From the NCBI RefSeq assembly GCF_011617245.1, contig NZ_CP050152.1, positions 1,910,503 through 1,974,502 of the forward strand: 64,000 bases of DNA. Reading direction: 5' to 3'. Below, one piece after another: positions 38,426-47,901 of this stretch. The notes beneath the pieces were generated by a model. The model saw nothing but the letters and a program-made list of their open reading frames with translations, was not told where the DNA came from and did not search any database. Source of the stretch: Brevibacterium atlanticum (GTDB taxonomy: Bacteria > Actinomycetota > Actinomycetes > Actinomycetales > Brevibacteriaceae). The position numbers and the translations under genes are program-made. The first letter of the stretch is position 1. The number at the start of each line of letters is the position of its first letter.

Positions 38426-39715
38426 ATGACAGCAGCAGCCGAGATCCACCCGAAGACCGTGCGCGGTGTGACCCGGATCGCGCGCAATGCCAAAGCCGCC
38501 GCGAGCCGGCTGGCAACGACCCCGACGGCGGAGAAGAACACGGCACTGTCCGCCGTCGCCGCAGCCCTGCGGGCGAACACCGACCGCATCGTCGCCGCCA
38601 ACGAAGCCGACATCGCCGCCGGCATCGACAACGGCATGAACGAGGCGCTGCTCGATCGGCTGCGCCTCGACGCCGATCGCATCGCAGCGATCGCCGATTC
38701 CGTCGATGCCGTCGTCGACCTCGCCGACCCTGTCGGAGACGTCGTCCTCGGCCGCACCCTGCCCAACGGCATCCGCCTGACCCAGGCCCGCGTGCCCTTG
38801 GGCGTCATCGGTGCGATCTACGAAGCTCGCCCCAATGTCACCGTCGACATCGCCGTCCTCGCTCTGAAAGCCGGCAACGCCTCGGTGCTGCGTGGGGGAT
38901 CGGCGGCGCAGAACTCGAACGCCGAGATCATCACCATCCTCCGCGACGCGGTCTCCTCCGCCGGTCTGCCCGCCGATACGATCAACGGCATCGACCAGTA
39001 CGGACGCGACGGGGCCAACGTGCTCATGCATGCCCGCGACTTCGTCGATCTGCTCATTCCCCGCGGCGGTGCCGAACTCATCAACATGGTCGTCCAGGAG
39101 TCGATCGTTCCGGTCATCGAGACCGGCGTGGGCAACGTGCATATGTTCATCGACTCGACGGCGACGGTGAAGACCGCCGTCGACCTCGTGCTCAACTCGA
39201 AGACCCAGCGGCCCAGCGTGTGCAACTCGCTCGAGACCCTGCTCGTCCACGAGAAGGCGGCGAAGCGTGTGCTCCCGAAGGTCCTCGACCGTCTCGACGC
39301 CGAAGGCGTCATCGTCCACGCGGATTCCGACGTCGCTGTGCATGCGCCGTCGTCGATGAAGATCAAGCGCGTATCCCGTCGGGACTGGGCCAAGGAATAC
39401 CTCGGCCTCGAGATCGCGATCAAACTGGTCTCGGGCATCGAAGAGGCCATCGACCACATCCGCGCCTACAGCTCCGGACACACCGAGGTGATCGTGACGA
39501 AGGACCTCGACAACGCCGACACCTTCGTCGCCGCCATCGACGCCGCGGCGGTGGGTGTGAACGTCTCGACACGCTTCACCGACGGCGGCGAGCTCGGATT
39601 CGGCGCCGAGGTCGGGATTTCGACACAGAAGCTCCACGCCCGCGGTCCTATGGGTCTCGAGCAGCTCACGACCACGAAGTGGGTGATGATGGGCAACGGG
39701 CAGATCCGTTCCTGA
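38426..39715 (+). CDS. proA: Glutamate-5-semialdehyde dehydrogenase
   Basis: ALDH-family catalytic Cys context (TQRPSVCNSLETLLVH). GGGGGGAGA RBS. Confidence 0.9.
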   Translation: MTAAAEIHPKTVRGVTRIARNAKAAASRLATTPTAEKNTALSAVAAALRANTDRIVAANEADIAAGIDNGMNEALLDRLRLDADRIAAIADSVDAVVDLADPVGDVVLGRTLPNGIRLTQARVPLGVIGAIYEARPNVTVDIAVLALKAGNASVLRGGSAAQNSNAEIITILRDAVSSAGLPADTINGIDQYGRDGANVLMHARDFVDLLIPRGGAELINMVVQESIVPVIETGVGNVHMFIDSTATVKTAVDLVLNSKTQRPSVCNSLETLLVHEKAAKRVLPKVLDRLDAEGVIVHADSDVAVHAPSSMKIKRVSRRDWAKEYLGLEIAIKLVSGIEEAIDHIRAYSSGHTEVIVTKDLDNADTFVAAIDAAAVGVNVSTRFTDGGELGFGAEVGISTQKLHARGPMGLEQLTTTKWVMMGNGQIRS

Positions 39716-39889
39716 GGTTCATCCGGCACCGACATGGGCGTATGGGCCCGATCGGGCCGCAGGCTCGGTTCACGGTGACGGACGAATTCATGTCGATGCC
39801 GGAATCCCGGGTCGTTCATGAGAAACTGAGAAGGCAATGAGATCGACGTCGCCCGGACGGCGTCGGAAGCAAGCAGAAGGAGTTATGAC

Positions 39890-40051
39890 GTGAACGCAGC
39901 CATTATGGCCGCCGCAGCCGAAGGTGCGGAGCATGCCGCTCACCACGAGCTGCCGATGGATCCGATCTGGTTCGGACTCACCGCCCTGGCGATCTTCCTC
40001 ACGATGGGCATTGTGACTCGGTCGTGGAAGGGCATTTCGCACCGCCACTGA
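39890..40051 (+). CDS. Small (53-aa) single-TM protein; not in the supplied ORF track
   Basis: GTG at 39890 preceded by AAGGAG (7-nt spacer). Translation [53 protein letters not shown]. The stop is 1 nt before the nadD ATG. Confidence 0.3.
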   Translation: MNAAIMAAAAEGAEHAAHHELPMDPIWFGLTALAIFLTMGIVTRSWKGISHRH

Positions 40052-40052
40052 T

Positions 40053-40658
40053 ATGGCAGAGCACAGACGCAGAGTCGGTGTCATGGGCGGCACCTTCGAC
40101 CCCATCCACCACGGCCACCTCGTTGCGGCCAGTGAGGTCCAAGCGACCTTCGACCTCGACGAAGTGGTGTTCGTTCCCACCGGGCGCCCCTACCAGAAGG
40201 ATGTCGAAGAGGTCACGAGCCCCGAACACCGGTACCTGATGACGGTGATCGCGACGGCTTCGAATCCGAGGTTCACGGTCTCCCGGGCTGATGTCGATCG
40301 GCCCGGTCCGACCTACACGATCGACACGCTGCGCGACCTCGCCCGCAGCTACGGTCCGGAGACGGAGTTGTTCTTCATCACCGGCGCGGACGCTTTGGCT
40401 CAGATCCTGACGTGGAAGAATGTGGATGAGCTGTTTTCCTTGGCGCACTTCGTCGGGGTCAGTCGTCCGGGGCACGAACTCCGAGGCGAGGGACTGCCGG
40501 TGGATCGGCTGAGCCTCGTGCAGATTCCGGCACTGGCGATATCGTCCACGGATTGCAGACAACGGGTGATGGATGGTGCGCCCGTCTGGTACCTCGTACC
40601 TGACGGAGTCGTGCAGTACATCGCGAAATACGAGTTGTACAGGAGTGAGAATGGCTGA
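40053..40658 (+). CDS. nadD: Nicotinate-nucleotide adenylyltransferase
   Basis: [11 protein letters not shown] (HxGH) motif. Confidence 0.85.
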   Translation: MAEHRRRVGVMGGTFDPIHHGHLVAASEVQATFDLDEVVFVPTGRPYQKDVEEVTSPEHRYLMTVIATASNPRFTVSRADVDRPGPTYTIDTLRDLARSYGPETELFFITGADALAQILTWKNVDELFSLAHFVGVSRPGHELRGEGLPVDRLSLVQIPALAISSTDCRQRVMDGAPVWYLVPDGVVQYIAKYELYRSENG

Positions 40659-42234
40659 GGAGCAGTTCACGTCACGTCGAGCGAGGCGGGAAGCCGAACG
40701 GTTGGCGGCGGAACAGGCGTTCGAAGCACAAGAGGTTCCTGAGCAGCCGAATGAGGCTCCGAACCCTCGAGCCGACCTCCTCAGTCCGCTGCCTCCGAAG
40801 AAACCGGACGCCGTGCCCCGCGCGAAAGCATCCGGGGACGAGTCGGACGCATCAGACGACGGCCGGAGTTCGCGCATCGACCCCAACCCCGCACCGCGGA
40901 CCAGCCACGAACGCGGAGCGCTGGCGTCCGACCATCCCGTCGAGACGCGTCCTCCTGTCCAGGCTGAGGATCGCCTCGACCCGCAGCGCACGCCCCTGCC
41001 GCACTTCGAGTCGCGGGCAGAGAAGAAGCGTTACCTCAAACAACACGGACTCTCACTCAACGGCGACCTGTCCACCGGCGCGATGCCCGTCGTCGCTGAC
41101 GAACAGGAACTCGCTGAGCGCCAGGCCGCCGCGGAGGGTCGACTCACCGGCCCTGTGCCCGAAGTCGTCGAATCCACCGGCGACGACGACGCTGCCGTTT
41201 CGTCGTCGGCTCCCGGTGAGCAGCAGACCTCCGCTGCCGAAGCGCCTGAGGCGAAGCCGTCGGCGGGCAAGAAGCCGTCGAAGAGGGTCTCGACGAGCAC
41301 CAAGGCCGCGGATGCGAAGGCCGCGACGACGGCGGAGAAGACGGAGGCTGCCGCCCCGGCTGCCGACCCCGCCCAGACGGAGCACGAATCCTATGACGCC
41401 GCCGGTTTCGGCGGTGCCTCCGACGAGGTCGCCGCACGTGACTTCGAAGCTCCGGTGACCCCGACCTCCGCGCCGCGCCCGACGACCCTCGACGACGAAC
41501 CCTATGATGCGCTGTCGATGCCGTACTCGGCGCTCGACGGCACCGACCCGAAAGACCGCTCAAGCTCGACCTCCGCAGAGCCGGAGGCGGCGGCGCAGGC
41601 CACCGCCGACAAGGGCGGTGCAGAGCCCGCCAGATCCAGCGGTTCGGCCGACGACTCAGCATCTTCGACCCTGCAGCCGACATCGGCCCAGCAGTCGACA
41701 CCGGACTCCGCTGCGGTTCCGAACGCCGACGATGCCGAGCCGGCCTCCCGGTCGCGACGGATGCCGATCGTCCAGCCCCCGTCGACCTCGGGCGTGCGGG
41801 TCGTCACCGCCGCCTCGGCGCAGATCCCTGAGGTCGATGACAGCCGCGGCTCGGCACCGAACTCGCCCTCGAACCGGTCCGCGGACGCCGCGCCGTCGAC
41901 TCCGACTGCCGGCGATGGTGCGGCCACCGGCCGGTCCGCGACCGACGACGGTGCCGCGACCGGTTCCGACGACGCCGCCCGCGCTCTCGCAGCGAATCCG
42001 GAGACCCGTCCGATGGACGCGGTGCCCGAAGCCTGGGCGCTGCCGAACTCCGACTACGAGGACGAAGAGACCGAGAATCCTCCCGGCAACCGCATCAGGG
42101 CGAGCTCGGTGACCGGCCACGACGGGCAGATCCTCATGGGCGAAGAGCCCTCGAAGATGCCGTACATCGTTCTCGGAGTCGCTGCGTTCTTCGCCCTGGC
42201 ACTCATCGTCATCGCCCTCGTCATGTTCCTCTGA
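40651..42234 (+). CDS. Tail-anchored, intrinsically disordered Pro/Ala/Asp/Ser-rich protein (527 aa) with a single C-terminal TM helix
   Basis: AGGAG RBS and ATG at 40651 overlapping the nadD stop by 8 nt. Low-complexity composition throughout. C-terminal [25 protein letters not shown]. Confidence 0.5.
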   Translation: MAEEQFTSRRARREAERLAAEQAFEAQEVPEQPNEAPNPRADLLSPLPPKKPDAVPRAKASGDESDASDDGRSSRIDPNPAPRTSHERGALASDHPVETRPPVQAEDRLDPQRTPLPHFESRAEKKRYLKQHGLSLNGDLSTGAMPVVADEQELAERQAAAEGRLTGPVPEVVESTGDDDAAVSSSAPGEQQTSAAEAPEAKPSAGKKPSKRVSTSTKAADAKAATTAEKTEAAAPAADPAQTEHESYDAAGFGGASDEVAARDFEAPVTPTSAPRPTTLDDEPYDALSMPYSALDGTDPKDRSSSTSAEPEAAAQATADKGGAEPARSSGSADDSASSTLQPTSAQQSTPDSAAVPNADDAEPASRSRRMPIVQPPSTSGVRVVTAASAQIPEVDDSRGSAPNSPSNRSADAAPSTPTAGDGAATGRSATDDGAATGSDDAARALAANPETRPMDAVPEAWALPNSDYEDEETENPPGNRIRASSVTGHDGQILMGEEPSKMPYIVLGVAAFFALALIVIALVMFL

Positions 42235-42256
42235 TGACACCTCCACACCCGCATCC

Positions 42257-42679
42257 ATGCGAAAGGATCTTGTGAGCGAGATCGCCGATTCCACCCAACT
42301 GCTGAGAACCGCCGCGAAAGCCGCGGACGACAAGCTCGGCACCGACATCATCGGACTCGATGTGAGCTCCACGCTCTACATCACCGATGCGTTCCTCATC
42401 GTCTCCGCCGACAACGAACGCCAGATCGGCGCGATCATCGACGCCGTCGAAGAAGCGGTCCAACGCGGACACGACCTCACGCCGCTGCGGCGCGAAGGCC
42501 GCGGCGGCGACTGGGTGCTCCTCGACTTCGGTGAGATCGTCGTCCACGTCTTCTCCGCCGAACAGCGCGAATACTATGCGCTCGAACGGCTGTGGAAGGA
42601 CGTACCCGTCATCGATCTCCAGCTGCAGGAGCCCGGCGAGCAGGATTCTGACGAGACCAGCGCCGACGCACCCCGATGA
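42257..42679 (+). CDS. rsfS: Ribosome silencing factor RsfS (Iojap)
   Basis: DxR family signature (DIIGLDVSSTLYITDAFLIVSADNERQ...GDWVLLDFGEIVVHVF). Start may be the downstream GTG at about 42275. Confidence 0.8.
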   Translation: MRKDLVSEIADSTQLLRTAAKAADDKLGTDIIGLDVSSTLYITDAFLIVSADNERQIGAIIDAVEEAVQRGHDLTPLRREGRGGDWVLLDFGEIVVHVFSAEQREYYALERLWKDVPVIDLQLQEPGEQDSDETSADAPR

Positions 42680-43275
42680 CCGCGAAGACGGTTCTGTTCT
42701 GGCGCCACGGCCAGACCGACTGCAACGTCGAGGGACGTTTCCAGGGACAGACCGACGTCCCGCTCAACGACACCGGCCGCAGGCAGGCCGAAGAGACGGC
42801 TCGACGTCTCTCCGAGCTCAGCCCCGAACTCATCGTCGCCTCCGATCTCTCCCGCGCCGCGGAGACCGCCGAGAAGCTGGCTGACATCGTCGGCATCGCA
42901 ACAGTCCGCGACGCGCGGCTGCGTGAAACCGCGTTCGGGCAGTGGGAAGGATCGACCCGCGCCGAGGTGGCCGAAACCTGGCCCGATGAGCTGGCCGAAT
43001 GGATCTCCGGGGCCGATGTCGCACCCCCGGGCGGTGAATCGCGGTCCGAGTCCGGACACCGGGTCGCCGCGGCCATCACCGACATCGTCGAGAAGTCGAC
43101 CGTCGACACGATCGCCATCGTCGCCCACGGTGCCGTGCTGCGCGGCGCCGCCGAGATCCTCCTCGGACTCACCGGCACCGGTCGGATCGGAGTCCTCGGC
43201 AACTGTGGGCACGGCGAATTCGGATTCTCCGAACGCGGATGGGTGCTGCGCAGCTGGGGCACGACGCTGCGCTGA
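42676..43275 (+). CDS. Histidine phosphatase family protein (Rv2419c/GpgP-like glucosyl-3-phosphoglycerate phosphatase position)
   Basis: RHG motif (LFWRHGQTDCN) and a second His in AHGAVLRG. Synteny nadD-rsfS-gpgP as in M. tuberculosis. ATGA overlap. Confidence 0.7.
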   Translation: MTAKTVLFWRHGQTDCNVEGRFQGQTDVPLNDTGRRQAEETARRLSELSPELIVASDLSRAAETAEKLADIVGIATVRDARLRETAFGQWEGSTRAEVAETWPDELAEWISGADVAPPGGESRSESGHRVAAAITDIVEKSTVDTIAIVAHGAVLRGAAEILLGLTGTGRIGVLGNCGHGEFGFSERGWVLRSWGTTLR

Positions 43276-43287
43276 GGCGCATCCCCG

Positions 43288-44427
43288 TCAGCCCCGCTGT
43301 TCCCGCTGCGCCGCGACCGAGCGGATGAGTTCGATGAGGGAACGCGCCGAAGAGTCCCAGTCGAAGGCCTGTGAGCGCTCACGCCCGTCCGCCGAATGAC
43401 GCTCCCACACCTGCTCGTCCGTGAGCGCACGCACCGCCTCGGCGATCGAGGCCGGATCGTCGGGATCGAAGTAGACGGCAGCCTCGGCGGCGATCTCCCG
43501 GAAGATCGGAATGTCCGAGACCGCAACGGGCACTCCTCGGGCCATCGCCTCGATGACCGGCAGACCGAAACCCTCCTCCCTCGACGCCGTCACCAGTGCG
43601 GTCGCCTCATCGAGGAGCGTCGCATAGTCTTCATCGCTGATTCCGCGGTGGAAGACGACTCGCGCCCGATCGGGGATGAGCGCACGCAGCTGCGCTTCCC
43701 GCCTGCCCTCGATCCGGCTGGCGATGTGCAGGGTCCAGCCCGGCAGGTGCTCGAGGGCCCGGATGAGGGATTCGACGTTCTTGTACGGCAGGAACGCACC
43801 CATGTAGATGAGCTTCTGCGCATCATGACGGCTCACGGTGCGCGGCTGCGCGGCGGGCACCTCGGCGGCATTCGACACCACCTGCACCGGGCGCTTCGTC
43901 AGCCGGTGGTCCTCGATGAGGTCCTTCGTCGTCTCCGACACGGCGGCGACGGCATCGGCGCGATTGAGCAGCAGCCGCTGCGGCCCGTAGCTGAGATGGT
44001 AGGCGCGCCACAGCAGTCGGATCGGCAGCGGCAGGTCTGCTGGAGGCTGCGGATGGGAATAGTAGATGAGATCGTGGATGGTGAGGATGAGTCCGTAGCG
44101 GCGGCCGGTCGACCCCATGGTCTGCATCGTGGAGAACACGACGTCGGCGCCCAGCGCATTGAGTCGGCCGGCGATCGCCACCTCGGCGGGGGAGGTGGGA
44201 TCGCTCAGCCTGACCCACCGACAGTCGGGGAGGAGCGCGAGCTGCGCCTCATCGCTGATGATGGCCGTGACATCGATCTCCGTGCCCTCGACGGCCTCGA
44301 GAAGGGCGGCCAGCAGACACGATCCGTAGCGGGAGATCCCATCGTGATGCGTCGTGCGAGTGAAGCGCGCATCGAAGAACACCGACAGCCGTCGCGCCTG
44401 TTGGGACCTGATTGTGCTTTTGCTCAT
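43288..44427 (-). CDS. Glycosyltransferase family 4 (GT-B fold)
   Basis: C-terminal GT4 signature EGFGLPVIEAMARGVPV. Start taken at the internal ATG (MSKSTIRSQQARRLSVFFD); the ORF track extends to 44601. Confidence 0.7.
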   Translation of the reverse strand: MSKSTIRSQQARRLSVFFDARFTRTTHHDGISRYGSCLLAALLEAVEGTEIDVTAIISDEAQLALLPDCRWVRLSDPTSPAEVAIAGRLNALGADVVFSTMQTMGSTGRRYGLILTIHDLIYYSHPQPPADLPLPIRLLWRAYHLSYGPQRLLLNRADAVAAVSETTKDLIEDHRLTKRPVQVVSNAAEVPAAQPRTVSRHDAQKLIYMGAFLPYKNVESLIRALEHLPGWTLHIASRIEGRREAQLRALIPDRARVVFHRGISDEDYATLLDEATALVTASREEGFGLPVIEAMARGVPVAVSDIPIFREIAAEAAVYFDPDDPASIAEAVRALTDEQVWERHSADGRERSQAFDWDSSARSLIELIRSVAAQREQRG

Positions 44428-44539
44428 GGAACTCCGAGTCGATAGTGTGATTCTTCGAAAGTCTGTCTGCGCACATCGCGATGAAGGATCAATGAGTGAA
44501 GGAACCGTCACCTGTGTCCGCGGCCGCTGAGGCCCGGTC

Positions 44540-47500
44540 ATGATCCTCACCATTATCGCACTTGCCGCGCTCGTCATCCTCACACCCTTCCTCACCCGCA
44601 TCGCCGGGCGGGCCAGCGGCTGGCCGCTGGCCGTTGCCTATCTGGGTGTGGCGGCTCTGTTCACTCCCACCGCCGCCGAGGTGATGGCCGGGAACACTCC
44701 GGAAGTCTCCTATCCGTGGATTCCGAGCCTCGGCGTGGATCTCGCGCTGCGCGCCGACGGCATCGGCGTGATCTTCACCTACATCGCGCTGATCATCGGT
44801 GCGCTCGTGTTCGCGTATTCGACGAGCTATCTGCCACACGGGCGGAATACGAGCTTCTACTGGCTGATGGTGATCTTCACCTTCTCGATGGTCGCGCTCG
44901 TGCTCAGCAACGACATCCTCGTGCTCTTCGTCAGCTGGGAGCTCACCTCCCTCGCGTCGTTCTTCCTCATCGCCCGCTCCGGATCACCCGGCCAGGCGCC
45001 AGCCCTGCGGACCATGCTCTTCACCTTCATCGGTGGACTGAGCCTGCTGGTCGCGACCGGAGTGGTCATCGCCGTCACCGGCACGACCCGTCTCAGTGAC
45101 GCCATCGGCTCACCCGTATGGGCTGGCCAGCCGGCCGTGACCACGCTCGTCGCCCTGCTCGTGGGCATCGCGGCGATGACGAAGTCCGCACAGTTCCCGT
45201 TCCACCCCTGGCTGCCCGACGCCATGGCTGCGGCCACACCCGTGTCCGCGTACCTGCACGCCGCCGCCGTGGTCAAGGCGGGCATCTTCCTCATGCTGCG
45301 GTTCTCACCGACCTTCCACGCCACACCCGCGTGGAACGCACTGCTCATCGTCGCCGGGCTCATCACCGCGTGCCTGGGAGGCTGGTTCGCACTCAACCAG
45401 CACGACGTGAAGAAGCTCATGGCCTATTCGACGGTCTCGCAGCTCGGCCTCATCACCGCCGTCATCGGAGTCGGCACCGAGGCGGCCATCGCCGCCGCGA
45501 CCCTCCACGTCATCGCCCACGCGCTGTTCAAATCCGGACTGTTCATGATGGTCGGCGTCGTCGACCACCTCGCCGGCACCCGCGACCTCGCCCGGATCCC
45601 GGGACTCATGCGCACCGCACCCGTGTCGTTTGCCGTGATGATCATCGGCTGCGCGTCGATGGCCGGGATCCCGCCGCTGCTCGGGTTCGTCTCGAAGGAA
45701 TCCCTGTTCACCGCGCTGCGCGATGCACCCGGTGGGGCCTGGGGCGGATGGATCGCCCTCCTCGTCGCCGTCGGCGCCTCCGTGCTGACCTTCGCCTACT
45801 GCGCGAAGACGGTGTGGGGCAGCTTCATCGACGGTCGGGAACCGGAGCCGCAGCGGATCCACAGCGGCTCACCGGTCATGCTCGGTGCGGCGGCGCTGCC
45901 GATCCTCGCGTCGATCCCGCTGAGCTTCGTGCTCTTCGTCTTCGACACCCCGCTCAACCAGGTCGTCACCGCGGCGATCCCGACCGCGGACTCCGCCGTA
46001 CACCTGGCTCTGTGGCACGGTCTGACCATCGAGCTGTTCGCCTCAGTGCTCATCATCGCGATCGGCATCGTCATCATCCTCCGCCGGTCCCGGGTGTTCG
46101 CGTTCTTCCACCGCGCCACCCCTGGCTTCGACGGCGCCGATGTCATCGACGGGCTCGACTCGGGGCTGCGCCGCCTCGGGCACGGACTCTCGGCGTTCGT
46201 GCGCCCGGCGAACTCCGGACCGTATCTCGCGATGTCGCTGGCCGGGCTGAGCCTGCTCGCCCTCGCTGCGATCCCTGCCGTGTACGCGGATCTGCCGCGA
46301 CTCCAGGAGGGGCTGAGCCGACCGGTCGACATCATCCTCCTCATCCTCATCACGGTCGCCGTCCTCGTCGTGTGCTCATCGCATTCGCGCCTGACCACAG
46401 TCGTGGCGCTGTCTGCCGTCGGGATCCTGGCCACGGTGCAGATCCTCGCTCTCGGCGCCCCCGACGTCACGCTGACCCAGCTGCTCGTCGAGGCGATGAC
46501 GATCATCGTCATCATGCTCGTGCTGCAGAAGCTGCCGCGGTCCTTCTGGCGCTACCCGAAGAGACAGCAGAGCCCCCGGCTGATCTTCGCGATCCTCGTG
46601 GGAGCCTCGGTGACCGCGCTGACGCTCGTACTCAACGGACGGCGGGAACGTTCCGACCTCGGCCGGTACTATCTCGATCGGGCACCGGAGATCAGCGGCG
46701 GTCACAACATCGTCAACACCATCCTCGTGGAGTTCCGCGCGCTTGACACCCTCGGCGAACTCACGGTGCTCGGGATGGCCGGCATCGCCATCGTCGCGGT
46801 GATGTCGACGGTCAAGGACAAGTTCATCGATCCGCCGGCGGAGAACATCCCTGAACCTCCGCGCCCGCCGTGGGTGTCGATCCGGCCGAAGGGCACCACG
46901 GCCTATCGCGCCGTCCACGAGGCCTGGCCGAATGTCGTCCCGCTGCAGCTGACCATCAAAGTCCTCGGACCGCTTCTGGCCGTGACCTCGCTCGTCATCT
47001 TCTGGCGGGGGCACAACTCGCCCGGCGGCGGCTTCATCGCCGCCCTCGTCGGTTCGGCCGTCATCGGTCTCGCCTATCTGTCGACGGCGAAGGACCGCGC
47101 GATCGGTCCACCTCGCGCACCTCTCTACCTCATCGGCTCGGGCGTGGCCACAGCCGTGGTGACAGGAATCCTCGGCCTCGTCTTCGCCGGGTCCTTCCTC
47201 GAGCCGCTGCATGCGGATTTCGCGGGCCAGCATTGGACGACGTCGATGCTCTTCGACGTCGGCGTCTACCTCGCGGTGCTCGGACTCATGCTGCTGTCGT
47301 TCAACATCCTCGGCGTCTCGGATTCGGCCGCGACGCCGGCCGGTGACGATGTGCTCACCAACGGCATCATCCGCCGCGACGTCGAACGCACTCGCGAACG
47401 CGCCGACGAACTCCTCTACGGTGAACTCGCCGGCCCGATGGATGCGATCCGCGGGGAACGACCCGAGCAGAGCCGACGGAGGTCGGAGGCCTCGACCGAG

Positions 47501-47572
47501 CACAAGGTGCGAGCGAGATCGCGACACATCCTCCGTGGGGATCCGCCCACCGACGGGGAGGAGAGGCCATGA
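44540..47572 (+). CDS. mrpA: Na+/H+ antiporter Mrp subunit A (MrpA-MrpB fusion, 1010 aa)
   Basis: NuoL-like N-terminal domain (WIPSLGVDLALRADGIG...). The C-terminal ~240 aa correspond to the MrpB/MnhB domain, as is usual in actinobacteria. Confidence 0.85.
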   Translation: MILTIIALAALVILTPFLTRIAGRASGWPLAVAYLGVAALFTPTAAEVMAGNTPEVSYPWIPSLGVDLALRADGIGVIFTYIALIIGALVFAYSTSYLPHGRNTSFYWLMVIFTFSMVALVLSNDILVLFVSWELTSLASFFLIARSGSPGQAPALRTMLFTFIGGLSLLVATGVVIAVTGTTRLSDAIGSPVWAGQPAVTTLVALLVGIAAMTKSAQFPFHPWLPDAMAAATPVSAYLHAAAVVKAGIFLMLRFSPTFHATPAWNALLIVAGLITACLGGWFALNQHDVKKLMAYSTVSQLGLITAVIGVGTEAAIAAATLHVIAHALFKSGLFMMVGVVDHLAGTRDLARIPGLMRTAPVSFAVMIIGCASMAGIPPLLGFVSKESLFTALRDAPGGAWGGWIALLVAVGASVLTFAYCAKTVWGSFIDGREPEPQRIHSGSPVMLGAAALPILASIPLSFVLFVFDTPLNQVVTAAIPTADSAVHLALWHGLTIELFASVLIIAIGIVIILRRSRVFAFFHRATPGFDGADVIDGLDSGLRRLGHGLSAFVRPANSGPYLAMSLAGLSLLALAAIPAVYADLPRLQEGLSRPVDIILLILITVAVLVVCSSHSRLTTVVALSAVGILATVQILALGAPDVTLTQLLVEAMTIIVIMLVLQKLPRSFWRYPKRQQSPRLIFAILVGASVTALTLVLNGRRERSDLGRYYLDRAPEISGGHNIVNTILVEFRALDTLGELTVLGMAGIAIVAVMSTVKDKFIDPPAENIPEPPRPPWVSIRPKGTTAYRAVHEAWPNVVPLQLTIKVLGPLLAVTSLVIFWRGHNSPGGGFIAALVGSAVIGLAYLSTAKDRAIGPPRAPLYLIGSGVATAVVTGILGLVFAGSFLEPLHADFAGQHWTTSMLFDVGVYLAVLGLMLLSFNILGVSDSAATPAGDDVLTNGIIRRDVERTRERADELLYGELAGPMDAIRGERPEQSRRRSEASTEHKVRARSRHILRGDPPTDGEERP

Positions 47573-47901
47573 TCCTCGCACTCACGATCGGAGTCCTCAC
47601 CACCGGCGGTGTCTACCTGATGATGCAGCGGTCGATGGTCAGGGGAGTCTTCGGGCTCACCCTCATCTCCCACGCCGCGAACTTCATCCTCCTCTCGGCC
47701 GGTGTCGGCGCCTGGAGGGGCGAACCTTTGGCCGGGCGCGGCGGCCTTGAGGCGGCCGCAGACCCACTGCCGCAGGCGTTCGTGCTCACCGCCATCGTCA
47801 TCACCCTGGCTGTGACGATCTTCATGCTCGCCCTGGCCGTCCTCGGCCACGACGATGACCAGAAGCGCAATCCCGAGACCGGAGAGGAGCGTGACTCATG
47901 A
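47569..47901 (+). CDS. mrpC: Na+/H+ antiporter Mrp subunit C (NuoK-like)
   Basis: 110 aa with 3 TM helices. ATGA overlap. Confidence 0.8.
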   Translation: MILALTIGVLTTGGVYLMMQRSMVRGVFGLTLISHAANFILLSAGVGAWRGEPLAGRGGLEAAADPLPQAFVLTAIVITLAVTIFMLALAVLGHDDDQKRNPETGEERDS

